A stretch of DNA of 64,000 nt from Bdellovibrionales bacterium (lineage in GTDB: Bacteria > Bdellovibrionota > Bdellovibrionia > Bdellovibrionales > UBA1609): the NCBI GenBank assembly GCA_965261545.1, contig CBDHDF010000011.1, positions 224,001 to 288,000 of the forward strand. The letters run 5' to 3'. The notes beneath the pieces are model-generated. The model did not search any database, was not told the DNA's origin, and saw only the letters and a list, made by a program, of their open reading frames with translations. The translations under genes were made by a program, and so were the position numbers. Position 1 is the first letter of the stretch; every line of letters begins with the position of its first letter. Shown here in pieces: positions 20,595 through 29,925 of the stretch.

Positions 20595-21977
20595 TCACTC
20601 TTGCCCCCCATCGATAATGGTCCAGCCCTTTCCCCTTAAGCTTGCATAAGCTAATGCAGCACTGGAGTTATATTTTAATGTGCCCACATTAATTTCAGTA
20701 GATCTTGTTGTAGGCGTGCTTTTGTTGAATTGTATTAGAAATTTTGAATAATTTTCAATGGATAAAGATGAATAGTTAAGGAAGCTGGTTTGGTCGGAAA
20801 TGTTCGTAAAGTTCCACTTACCTACATCTGGGTTCGCTTGGGTTGCATAATAAAACATATATTCCATATTTGTGACCTTAGAAGTATCCCACTTACTTAC
20901 ATCTGGGTTCGCTTGGGTTGCATTTTCAAACATATATCCCATATTTGTGACCTTAGAAATATCCCACTTACTTACATCTGGGTTCGCTTGGGTTGCATCA
21001 AAAAACATAGCACTCATATCTGTGACACTGGAAGTATCCCACTTACTTACATCTGGGTTCGCTTGGGTTGCATCAAAAAACATATAACGCATATGTATGA
21101 CATTGGAAGTATCCCACTCACTTGTATCTGGGTTTGCTTGGGTTGCATCAAAAAACATAGCTCTCATATCTGTGACCTTGGAAGTATTTCCTCCAAAGAC
21201 TGTTTTGAGCAAAGAATTGTCTGAAAAAGCATAGGACAAATCTTTCCATCCTACATTTCCAAGATCGTTCACCTGAAGTAAACTATCTTTTGAAGAATCC
21301 ACGTTATTTTGGAATCCCTCACAAAGACCCATAATTGTGATTGTATACACTCCATCGATAAAGTAGGTATGTACCTTATCGGGATCATCAAAAGACGTCA
21401 CTTCACTGACACCACTGTTATCTCCCCAATCCACAATAAAATCATATTTTAAATTTGATTTAAGGGGAAGGGTAAATTTATCTTTACTATCGATAGTCCA
21501 TACTGTTACAAAATGATGGATATCATTGACGACAGCAACACTTTGTGTGTCCTCTCCATGTGTCACTGTGACTATGATTTCGTCTGATGTTGTTTGGCTC
21601 ACATCGAAAGTTCCTGTAAAGATATTGGAACTGCAAGGCACTTCTACAGAAGTGATTTGAGGTTCTCCAACAACCACCGACACGTTTCCATTCATATTTG
21701 AATCACAGATTCCTTGTATCGTGTAGGACCTTGAATTGGATGAATGAAGGGAGGCCAATGGTTCATTGATACTTAGTGTGGGGCGCTCACTCGGTATCGG
21801 GTTGGAGTTCGACGTGGGAGCCGTGTTCGACGTAGGAGTGGTGCTCGAAGTAGGAGAGGTAACAATACTTTCTTGATTTTGCTTGTCGCTATCGTTCTTC
21901 TTGCAACCGATAAGGATTGTCAAAGATAAGGTGAGTAAAATTTCATGGATTGTCTTCATTTTTTTGTTGTTTCTCAT
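20595..21977 (-). CDS. Surface lipoprotein with DUF285/BspA-like 25-aa repeats
   Basis: Lipobox ILIGC, Thr/Ser/Pro linker, VDWGD PKD-like motif, ~5 repeats of WDTSxVTxMxxMFxxATQANPDVSK. Confidence 0.88.
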   Translation of the reverse strand: MRNNKKMKTIHEILLTLSLTILIGCKKNDSDKQNQESIVTSPTSSTTPTSNTAPTSNSNPIPSERPTLSINEPLASLHSSNSRSYTIQGICDSNMNGNVSVVVGEPQITSVEVPCSSNIFTGTFDVSQTTSDEIIVTVTHGEDTQSVAVVNDIHHFVTVWTIDSKDKFTLPLKSNLKYDFIVDWGDNSGVSEVTSFDDPDKVHTYFIDGVYTITIMGLCEGFQNNVDSSKDSLLQVNDLGNVGWKDLSYAFSDNSLLKTVFGGNTSKVTDMRAMFFDATQANPDTSEWDTSNVIHMRYMFFDATQANPDVSKWDTSSVTDMSAMFFDATQANPDVSKWDISKVTNMGYMFENATQANPDVSKWDTSKVTNMEYMFYYATQANPDVGKWNFTNISDQTSFLNYSSLSIENYSKFLIQFNKSTPTTRSTEINVGTLKYNSSAALAYASLRGKGWTIIDGGQE

Positions 21978-22152
21978 TTTCTACCTTGATCTTCAAAGAA
22001 GGAACTTGTTCCGTTACTACTTCTACTAAATAGTTCGGTAAATTGTTTGGTTGAGTGAAGTCAAAGTATGATGATTTAAGATGAGAAATATGCATAGTAA
22101 TTTCATTCTAGTACGATTTTTTCCCAAGAAATACGAATCTGTCCTGGCGACT

Positions 22153-23220
22153 TTATGCTATATTGGCGATATTGGGTTCAAATGAGGTAATTTTTCCACC
22201 TAAGTGTTCTTTCTTATTGAAATTAACTTGAGTTTGAGAGTGCTTACTTGATGTCCTTGGTATTTTTCCATGGAGCCCTTGATGTGGGCGATAGTGATTG
22301 TAGTAGTTTTGATATTCTCTAGAGATTCTTTGAGCTTGTAAAAGGTTGATGGGAATAACATTTTTAAATGCTTCTGATTTTAGGGAGCCATGAAATCTCT
22401 CTACAACTCCATTTTTATGAGGAGCATTGTAAGGTATTCGTTTTAACTTTATCTTGAAATAGTCTTTTAGCATCTTTTCAAAAGAAGTTTGGAATATTGA
22501 ATCATTGTCACAGATACACAGGGTAGGATAGTCATCTCTGTCAAAAAAAGCATTTCTGAATTGCTGTTTAATCCACTGGAAGTCTGGGTTATAGGTTACG
22601 TTGATAAAGATTAATTCCCTTGTATCTAAATCAATTATTATAAAGATGCACAACTGATGTCCCATCAATGAAATTAATGATGTAAAGTCAATGCCAATTT
22701 TAAATTTATGATTATTGATAAATTCGCTCCAAGAAGGCCCTCGAATGGGAGGGTTATGATTGAGACCATAAAATTCAAGATACTTTAAAACAGTTTTTTT
22801 AGATGCTTTATGACCTATCTTTGAGAGTTCATCAGAGATTTTTTGGGCTCCCCATTTTGTATTTAGTCTTTTCATTTCTAATATAAGGGAAATGGTGGCT
22901 CGCTCCAAGGGCTTCCGACCTTTACTATTTGGGGACCAAATGATTCGGAGACTTCTATTGGCTAAAACCCATTTTCTCAAAAAAAGATGAATGGGCCATG
23001 GGGAAGAATAGTAAAAGTATACCTCAATAAGTGCTTCATTAAAATATCTGAAATATGATTGGATGGATTGACAAATTTTTCTTAGAAACGGAGACATGAA
23101 TAGCGTTTTAACACATTGGGGGCCAAGGGGACAGATATTTGTATTATTCAATAAGCTTATAAAAATTAATGGGTTAGAATTTGTCATCAGCACAGGCCGC
23201 AAGATAATTGCGGCCTCCAA
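22153..23220 (-). CDS. Integrase-core (rve) DDE transposase, IS481/IS3-like
   Basis: WGAQKI HTH, GIDF, CDND, NGVVERFHGSLK, YNHYRPHQGL; imperfect TGT...ACA ends at 22140 and 23194 put the true start inside 23194. Confidence 0.88.
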   Translation of the reverse strand: MEAAIILRPVLMTNSNPLIFISLLNNTNICPLGPQCVKTLFMSPFLRKICQSIQSYFRYFNEALIEVYFYYSSPWPIHLFLRKWVLANRSLRIIWSPNSKGRKPLERATISLILEMKRLNTKWGAQKISDELSKIGHKASKKTVLKYLEFYGLNHNPPIRGPSWSEFINNHKFKIGIDFTSLISLMGHQLCIFIIIDLDTRELIFINVTYNPDFQWIKQQFRNAFFDRDDYPTLCICDNDSIFQTSFEKMLKDYFKIKLKRIPYNAPHKNGVVERFHGSLKSEAFKNVIPINLLQAQRISREYQNYYNHYRPHQGLHGKIPRTSSKHSQTQVNFNKKEHLGGKITSFEPNIANIA

Positions 23221-23254
23221 ATATTAGAGAGGATTTTGGTGGTCTAAATGAGGG

Positions 23255-23929
23255 TCAGGCAATAAGTGATTCAAGGTTTTCACAGGCGGAGAGTTTATTC
23301 CACAGGTCGTAGACTACTGCTCTGGAGCAGCCCATAAGTGCAATTGCTTCTACTGGAGTCTTAACAATTTTAGCAGACTTTAAATATACTAAGTCAGACC
23401 TATATGTTGGACCTACAAGGACTCGCAATCTTAACCAAGCGTTGTTTTCAACTATAGACGCTTTGGTGAAAAACTTTCGCTCAGGAGGAATGTGACCATC
23501 AAGCATCTTCACTTTAAATTTTAGAAAGTCTTTGTCTAGGCCGTACTGTTTAAGCAGATAGGGGTCAAAATTTGCTTTTGGAACATCTACAATTTTAGAG
23601 CGACCCGTGTTGAGCTTCCCAGTGATCAGAGAATACCTTTTGTCGCCCTTCATATGTAGCTTGTGACAGATTCCTTTTAGAAGAATCTTTTCTTCTACAC
23701 TTAAATCTTGTGCCAAGGAAAACAGTCGCTCAACATGAATCAAGTCATAAATTCTGTGGACAAGAACACCAACTAGCATTTGAAAAATATCTGGTTTATC
23801 CCAGTACAATCGCAATGAACTCAAAATGGTATTCTCTGGGTCTGCGACTTTAACAGGTCGTTTTATGGCATATGCACAGCCTAACGAAACCAAATCCCGA
23901 AGATAAGGCTGTATCTCTTTATCTTTCAC
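23255..23929 (-). CDS. Hypothetical protein coupled to the nucleotidyltransferase (possible antitoxin/partner)
   Basis: Overlaps the upstream gene by 11 bp; possible C-terminal HTH (TPVEAIALMGCSRAVVYDLW). Confidence 0.65.
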   Translation of the reverse strand: MKDKEIQPYLRDLVSLGCAYAIKRPVKVADPENTILSSLRLYWDKPDIFQMLVGVLVHRIYDLIHVERLFSLAQDLSVEEKILLKGICHKLHMKGDKRYSLITGKLNTGRSKIVDVPKANFDPYLLKQYGLDKDFLKFKVKMLDGHIPPERKFFTKASIVENNAWLRLRVLVGPTYRSDLVYLKSAKIVKTPVEAIALMGCSRAVVYDLWNKLSACENLESLIA

Positions 23930-24557
23930 GGCTTATCTTCTTGTTTTTTGGACTTAAGATCTCTCTTTCTAGTTCTTCTACTCGATCTTTAAACAGTTGT
24001 GAGTCGTTGTTAGATAACAAATGCTTTTTCGCACCGTTAATCTCAGCCTTAGACGGCTTTAAAGATAGTAGATCATCCAGGTCATTTTTATCTCTCTGAG
24101 CTGCAGCGTGAAGCTTCGAAAAAATCATGTCACTTCGGCCCAGGACTTTAACTTTAAGATTTTGAGCTTTTATATGGAGCTTTGTTCTTTCTTCCCAACC
24201 GTTAGGAAGTTCACTGGCAAATGCTGTCGCGGAGCTATTTAGCCATCCGTAACTCAATCCGTGTTTTTCACCTACTGCCATCGCGGCTTTGAAAAGTGGA
24301 GAGTCAATTTCTGGATCTATCAAATCTATATCTACTGTTTGTCGGTTTATTTTATTAAGAGCAATTAGCGCACTGGCACCGACCACTACAATCTCGTAGG
24401 ATTCCCCAGCTTTGCCTAGCTCAGTATCTAAATCTAAAATAAGTTCCTTAAAAATCTTATTGTCTATCACACCAAACACCATATCACGTCTTGTATGGAA
24501 TATCCAGACAAAACTATAAATAGCTAAAATTACTGATTCCGATAGGGTGTCGGCCAT
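23919..24557 (-). CDS. DUF6036-like nucleotidyltransferase (AbiEii-related fold)
   Basis: IVVVGASAL, RQTVDIDL, WLN, LPNGWEER, SKLHA...DLDDL; start may be 24482. Confidence 0.78.
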   Translation of the reverse strand: MADTLSESVILAIYSFVWIFHTRRDMVFGVIDNKIFKELILDLDTELGKAGESYEIVVVGASALIALNKINRQTVDIDLIDPEIDSPLFKAAMAVGEKHGLSYGWLNSSATAFASELPNGWEERTKLHIKAQNLKVKVLGRSDMIFSKLHAAAQRDKNDLDDLLSLKPSKAEINGAKKHLLSNNDSQLFKDRVEELEREILSPKNKKISRER

Positions 24558-24620
24558 CAGCGGCCATCAACTCTTGCACAAGTTCTACCTCAATTAATTT
24601 CCACAGATTAAAAGTAGAAG

Positions 24621-24709
24621 AGCTACCTAAAAGTATCCAGCACAGGCTAGTTAAATCAATATATTGGAATTTCTCCCCATCACAGCTGCCTAAAAGTATC
24701 CAGCACAGG
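24621..24709 (+). repeat. 26 bp direct repeat pair AGCT(A/G)CCTAAAAGTATCCAGCACAGG
   Basis: Copies at 24621-24646 and 24684-24709, one mismatch. Confidence 0.85.
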
Positions 24710-24724
24710 TATATTATGTAAACT
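24697..24724 (+). other. dif-like (Xer) site with recognisable XerD arm only
   Basis: Spacer GGTATA plus TTATGTAAACT resembles dif TGTATA-TTATGTTAAAT; left arm TATCCAGCACA is non-consensus. Confidence 0.4.
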
Positions 24725-24949
24725 ATGTGTCAGGAAGGACACTTAGGAAAGGAGTTTCATGAAAATGTTTATGTTTTCGTGACGGATTCAAGTAAAATGG
24801 ACATATATTACTTGATTAAATCCAAATAAATGGCTATTTATCGCTTTATAGACATTTTCATCAAGTAAATACTCATATTCTTACTTGACATACCGATTCA
24901 TATATTGGTACACTATGAAATAGGAGCCGACTCTATGATTAATGGAATG

Positions 24950-26734
24950 GGAATAGGAAGGATAAAAGGTCTTTTTTAGAAATCCGCAAAGCATGTCAGT
25001 AGAAACTGCAGAGGCCAGCGAAGACTCCAATAGGATTTTTGGGCTTAATTGATGGTTTAGAGTGGTGTTGGGCAAAGTTTGAGGAGAATGGGGCCAGAAA
25101 AATATGTTGTTTTGTGGTGTTGAGACGTACCTCTCCATGGACATAGAGGGAGCAGATAATACAGCTCTATGCGTCATTCAGGGTAGTCAGAAGTTAAGAA
25201 AATGAATCGAAGCTCTCACTTTGTGGTGGACCTCTAGGAGGCCATAGGCTTGGAGGTTGTGAGGTGATGCCGAGATGAGTAAGAATTTTTTCAATGACCT
25301 GAGGGTCTTCAATGGAAGAAATGACTTTTACTTTTCCACCACACTCATGGCAAGTTTCAATGTCTATATCAAAGACCCTTCTGAGCCTTTGAGCCCAGGT
25401 CATTCCTGAAGATTTTTTCTTGTTTGGCCTTGACTCTGAATCTTCCAAATCTAATGTTTCTTCCCTTGAGTCTTCATCGATGGAGGTTTCGATTTGGAAG
25501 TGAGGGACGATGGAGGATCGATACTTAAAATTGGGAGCGAAAACTCCGTGGAATCTTGTGAGATTCACTCGTGGTCGAGGTATGAGGGAGGCAAGACGGC
25601 TAAGGAAATCAAGGGGGTCCAGAACGATATGAGTGGTTCCATTGTCATAGGCAGTTTTGAGTTTATAGACGACTTGGCCCCTGGCATTTAATGAGAGCCT
25701 TTCCTCACTGAGGCTGGGTCTTGAAATATACCGGCATACCCTCTCTCGCTTTTTTTTCTCATGGTCTCTACATGCGACTCCTCCATGGAGGCTAAAGCCA
25801 GAATATTTGGCGAGAAATTCACTGTTAAAATCTTTACCTCTTGGTGATACAGTGTGAAGAGTCAGTGCTTTTTTCCCTTTGTGAGGACCGAGAGCTATTC
25901 TATAGGTGACTGATGATCCGTGGACTTGGTCCATACTGTCAGAGGCTTCCATAGCCAGATACTCTTGCCCTGTTTCATCCCTTAGGATAAGTCCCTTTTT
26001 TTCTAGGTGCTTGACCACTCTATGAGCTATGCTCACCAAGATGTGATCCATTTCACTTTGGGTGGGTGGAGTTATGGGGTGAAAATGAGGTTTACCTTCG
26101 GGGAATGTGTACACTCCATCCAAATACATCATATGGAAATGAATATTGAGATTGATGCTTCCGCCAAATCGTTGAATGAAGGTAACAGAACCCGTCTTGG
26201 CTCCTGATTTTTTGGTGAGGCCAGCTCTTTTGATCAGGTAGGTGGAAATGGCTCGATGAACGATGGCTAAGACCTCTCCCATGACCTTTGGATTTTTGGC
26301 AAAGAGAAATCTTATTTGAAAAGGAAAGCTAAGGACCCATTGTCGTAGGGGTTTTTGGGGAAAAACTTCATCAACTAAGTGGGCTGCACTTTCAGCCATT
26401 CTTCTTGCGCCGCAGCTTGGGCAGAAGCCTCGACGCTTGCAGCTAAAGGCCACAAGCCTTTCATGGTGGCAAGATTCACACTGGGTTCTCAAGAAACCAT
26501 GGGCAAGAATTCCACACTTGAGAAACTCATCGAATTCTTTTTTAACGAACTGGGGAAGGCCATTTTCATGCTCATTTTCTATGTGCCGGTAGAAAGTGAG
26601 TAGATTTTCTTGCACCAGTTTGTAAAGGAGAGTCTTTTCAGGGCGGTGTCGTTGGTATTTGGGAGCGTTGTTAAAGATATGGGGATCAACAAGGGCCATG
26701 GCCTTTGTTGGAAGGCAAATTCAATGCCAACTGT
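24950..26734 (-). mobile_element. IS91/ISCR-like rolling-circle element, intact copy
   Basis: Similarity to copy 1 spans 25015-26734; oriIS-like TTTTATCCTTCCTATTCC on minus strand near 24950-24967; hairpin GTTGG...CCAAC upstream of tnp. Confidence 0.75.
25194..26699 (-). CDS. IS91-family transposase (Zn-binding plus Y2 HUH)
   Basis: CESC...SCKRRGFCPSC, NIHFH (HUH), RYISRP, RFHGVFAPN, C-terminal CHECGG. Confidence 0.95.
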   Translation of the reverse strand: MALVDPHIFNNAPKYQRHRPEKTLLYKLVQENLLTFYRHIENEHENGLPQFVKKEFDEFLKCGILAHGFLRTQCESCHHERLVAFSCKRRGFCPSCGARRMAESAAHLVDEVFPQKPLRQWVLSFPFQIRFLFAKNPKVMGEVLAIVHRAISTYLIKRAGLTKKSGAKTGSVTFIQRFGGSINLNIHFHMMYLDGVYTFPEGKPHFHPITPPTQSEMDHILVSIAHRVVKHLEKKGLILRDETGQEYLAMEASDSMDQVHGSSVTYRIALGPHKGKKALTLHTVSPRGKDFNSEFLAKYSGFSLHGGVACRDHEKKKRERVCRYISRPSLSEERLSLNARGQVVYKLKTAYDNGTTHIVLDPLDFLSRLASLIPRPRVNLTRFHGVFAPNFKYRSSIVPHFQIETSIDEDSREETLDLEDSESRPNKKKSSGMTWAQRLRRVFDIDIETCHECGGKVKVISSIEDPQVIEKILTHLGITSQPPSLWPPRGPPQSESFDSFS

Positions 26735-26802
26735 ACACCAATTGATAGGTGAGTCGTTGAAAATCTTCTAGTGAAAGATGCGGGCTAAAGAAAACCTAGA
26801 AA

Positions 26803-26818
26803 TGGTCAGCCCGACGGG
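26803..26818 (-). other. Candidate att core: tRNA 3'-end fragment (tRNA-Pro-like)
   Basis: Minus strand CCCGTCGGGCTGACCA = T-arm 3' strand, acceptor strand ending G72, A73, CCA; about 85 bp past the integrase stop; no rest of tRNA. Confidence 0.55.
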
Positions 26819-26903
26819 GCAACATGTAAACCACTGTAATTACTTGGTTTTCAAATGCCAAGTCACCCATGAGCACCCAACCTCTCACAGCATAAATCCC
26901 TCT

Positions 26904-28073
26904 TCACGGTACAAACTTCATTCCCAAACTCGATGGCATAGATAGCACATTGTCGGTCATATCTGGTTGCGGCAAACGATAGCCCACCTTTTGAGTGGCT
27001 CCATGTATACTCACACCAGCAAGCCTCAAATACTCATCTGTGGTGGACATTTTGCGATGTCCCACAATGGCCATCACCTTCACCAAAGGCACTCCGTGTG
27101 CCAGCATGTTGGTAATAAATGTGGCCCTGAGATCGTGAAAGCGTATGACTGTAATGCCTATCGCTCTACAAAACGCCCTCAAGACTTGAGCCTGCTCACC
27201 ATGCTCCCATTCCTTCAATCTCGGCAGGAGCAGATCATCAAAAGTCACCTTCTGCCTTAAACGCATATCCCAAAACTCTTGAGAATAGCTTTCTTGTTTA
27301 GCTCTTAAGCCTTTGAGGAAAGCACTCAAGTCATCGTTGATGGGAACCATCCGATTCTCACGGTTCTTCGGGGGAGCAATGCCATCCTTAGATGTCCATT
27401 GCTTGTTGACAGAAATCAAACCCGTTTCCATGTCAATATCTTGCCAACGCATGGCAAACATCTCTCCCGACCTCATCCCTGTCATCAAAGCAAAAACCCA
27501 AACCTTGTAAAACCGATGTTGGCACTTACAAGCTTCTTCCAAAAGAGTTCCAGCTTCTTGAGCATTCAACACTTGTTTTTGAGCTTGAGGGACTTTCACC
27601 TTAATGCTTAGAGCCGGATTCTTGGCGAGAATCCCTTCTTCCACAGCCATTTCAAAGATTCGTTTCACCATCTTTAAAAGATTGCTTTGGTAGCGCTTTG
27701 AGACTCTATCGCCAACATCTTCAAAGAGAAATTTACGAATATCCTGAACATTGATTTCTTCAAGATACTTGTCCATAAACTCTTTGGAAAGCCACTTTTT
27801 GAGCCCACCATCATAACCCATCACAGTGGAAGCTTTATAAGAAAGTCCCATCTTCTTAAGGCATTCTTGGTGCCATTCTCTCCAAGTCCAACGAAGATAT
27901 CCACCCTTAATAAGTTGGTGAAGTTCGTTCTTAAACTGAAATTCAAGTTCTTTTGCTTTTCTTTCTGAAGTTATGCCCTTTTTCTTTCGACTGTGTTGCC
28001 TTCGTCGAGAGTCTTTCATGCGAACAACAACTTCATAAAGTTTTTTTCTATTCTTAATATAAGATCGGATCAT
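26904..28073 (-). CDS. Tyrosine recombinase/integrase
   Basis: TGMRSGE, RFHDLRATF, VGH...TTDEY catalytic R-H-R-H-Y; N-terminal arm-binding region. Confidence 0.96.
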   Translation of the reverse strand: MIRSYIKNRKKLYEVVVRMKDSRRRQHSRKKKGITSERKAKELEFQFKNELHQLIKGGYLRWTWREWHQECLKKMGLSYKASTVMGYDGGLKKWLSKEFMDKYLEEINVQDIRKFLFEDVGDRVSKRYQSNLLKMVKRIFEMAVEEGILAKNPALSIKVKVPQAQKQVLNAQEAGTLLEEACKCQHRFYKVWVFALMTGMRSGEMFAMRWQDIDMETGLISVNKQWTSKDGIAPPKNRENRMVPINDDLSAFLKGLRAKQESYSQEFWDMRLRQKVTFDDLLLPRLKEWEHGEQAQVLRAFCRAIGITVIRFHDLRATFITNMLAHGVPLVKVMAIVGHRKMSTTDEYLRLAGVSIHGATQKVGYRLPQPDMTDNVLSMPSSLGMKFVP

Positions 28074-28315
28074 GAGTGTCCTCCTTGGTTATGGAGAAAG
28101 CACTCTAAATCTTGCAGCTTGAATCTCAGACGGTTTCCAATTTTATAAGACCGAACCTTTCCACGGCACACCCAAATGCGAAGAGCATTGGGGGTCATCC
28201 GAAGATAGTTCGCAGCCTCTTTTGTTGAAAACCATTTTTGAGGTACTGTTAGTTCATCCAAATTGTCAAAGAACGCATCCCTTTTTGGGATCAGCTTACT
28301 CATTGATAAGCTCAC
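28070..28315 (-). CDS. Excisionase-like HTH (HTH_17) protein
   Basis: WFSTKEAANYLRMTPNALRIWV...YKIGNRLRF; overlaps integrase start. Confidence 0.85.
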   Translation of the reverse strand: MSLSMSKLIPKRDAFFDNLDELTVPQKWFSTKEAANYLRMTPNALRIWVCRGKVRSYKIGNRLRFKLQDLECFLHNQGGHS

Positions 28316-28407
28316 CTATAGTTATAGGTTGAATACCAATGAAAGGCAACATTTTTTGATATCTATAGTTCAAATAAATACTCAAAAAAATGCAATTCTT
28401 TATGATT

Positions 28408-28779
28408 TCATTCTTCATAATTCACCTCCTCAGAAGGGGCTTTCACAGGCTCTTGGAGAGCTACAGAAGGCTTCTTTTTTGCTCTATAAGATCGCCCCTT
28501 ATTTAATTCATTCACTTGTTTTATAAAGTCCTCTGGAGAGTTCGTGGTGGATAGCAAGTGCTTAATGTAACGCTTCTTATCAAAAAGTTTTTCACTTAAT
28601 CCTTTTTTTTCTTTGGAAAAATATTTTTGAGCGTATCCTATCAAAATCAAACTTGCCACTCGGGACGGTGAGTCCCTCAAGTAAGGGTTCTCTTCCACAA
28701 GAACCCTTATCATCTCATTTAAATGCTCCACAGCTTGCTCATCTATATATAAACGCCCTGTCTTTGTTGCCTTGGCCAT
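28408..28779 (-). CDS. Hypothetical ICE protein
   Basis: GGAGG RBS, coupled to upstream gene. Confidence 0.65.
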   Translation of the reverse strand: MAKATKTGRLYIDEQAVEHLNEMIRVLVEENPYLRDSPSRVASLILIGYAQKYFSKEKKGLSEKLFDKKRYIKHLLSTTNSPEDFIKQVNELNKGRSYRAKKKPSVALQEPVKAPSEEVNYEE

Positions 28780-29447
28780 TATTTCACCTCCTTTGTTTTC
28801 ATTATGGTTGGATTCATGGGTCCTAAATTCTTGAGGCCCGTGCCATGACGAGAGCCCCTTGAGCCTGCTCCCATTTTGTGAGACCTCCGAGGTTGTTTCT
28901 TGGAAAAGCCTGTAGGAAATCTTTTGGAAGAACTCTTAGAAGAGTTCTTAGGAAAACTCTTCGGGGGAACCAAGTTAAACTGTGGATACCCAATAAGAGT
29001 CCAAACCCTGTGACCTTCAATGAGCTTCTTTCCATCCTCAGTGGTGTGAGTTTCCACATAATCTTCACGCACCTTGGGACTATTAATGAAGGCCCTCATC
29101 TTTTCCAAATCAGATGAAGAGATTCCATCAATACCATTGGCCCCACTCCATTTATTGACGTCTACACTGGAAGAACTTGGAGAAAGCCCGTAGGACTCAA
29201 GGTTAAAAAGAGTTTCTCGACGAGCACGGCTTTCTCGTTGGTCTATGAACTGGTGGAGAGCATAGCCTGCAACTCCACCTAACAAAGCCCCTGCCATAGC
29301 TCCCCTTACAAGTCTTGGATCATGGGGTCCTTTGGATATGGGAGCCGCTGACACAACCCCCAGACCGACACCCATACCACTTCCTGCAAGAATTGACTTT
29401 TTCATACTTGAACAACCTAAAGCTCCTATTAAAAACGCACACAACAT
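28779..29447 (-). CDS. Lipoprotein with glycine zipper (possible VirB7/TraV-like or exclusion protein)
   Basis: Lipobox ALGC; GAMAGALLGGVAG. Confidence 0.7.
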   Translation of the reverse strand: MLCAFLIGALGCSSMKKSILAGSGMGVGLGVVSAAPISKGPHDPRLVRGAMAGALLGGVAGYALHQFIDQRESRARRETLFNLESYGLSPSSSSVDVNKWSGANGIDGISSSDLEKMRAFINSPKVREDYVETHTTEDGKKLIEGHRVWTLIGYPQFNLVPPKSFPKNSSKSSSKRFPTGFSKKQPRRSHKMGAGSRGSRHGTGLKNLGPMNPTIMKTKEVK

Positions 29448-29734
29448 GATTTTTATGACACTTTGAATGTGACACCTCCATGGTTTATTTGTGATTTATA
29501 TTCCATAAATATCTTCTTACATGCCTATTTCTATTTCTTTTCTTATGCACTGATTGCATTGACTCTGAATCTTATGACTCTCTAACTACATAACAATAAC
29601 GACTCTTTGTGCAGCCTTCTTCCTCACCTTGGAGGTCTTAAGGCTCCTAAATATAAACGCATACATTATAATTCTTAGTACATCCTGACTTCACACCTCC
29701 AAATTTATCAAACTACTCCAGACTACCCCGGCCC

Positions 29735-29870
29735 CAATTTTAATCCTGACAAAATTAGAGATGAGTTATTTCATATACTTAGGGCCAAAAACCCCAAAAA
29801 ATTGATCCTGATAATGTAAGTAGACAATCAGGATGCAAATCAGGATGTAATCAAGATATAATCAGGATCA
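29735..29870. repeat. Iterated AATCAGGAT repeats with inverted copies; candidate oriT/ori
   Basis: Four direct copies 29826-29869 and inverted ATCCTGA near 29743 and 29805, in the intergenic gap next to the relaxase. Confidence 0.5.
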
Positions 29871-29925
29871 CAGTCACGCTCCAAAAAAAATATTCATTGT
29901 TATTCATAGAAATTTTATTTGTTCC

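Noticed and set aside
20790..21224. 75 bp repeat array and plus-strand ORFs over it
   Set aside because: Coding repeats of the DUF285-like lipoprotein on the minus strand; plus-strand ORFs are shadows.
26760..26900. Complete tRNA gene next to the integrase
   Set aside because: Only the last 16 nt fit; the T-loop and upstream arms are absent.
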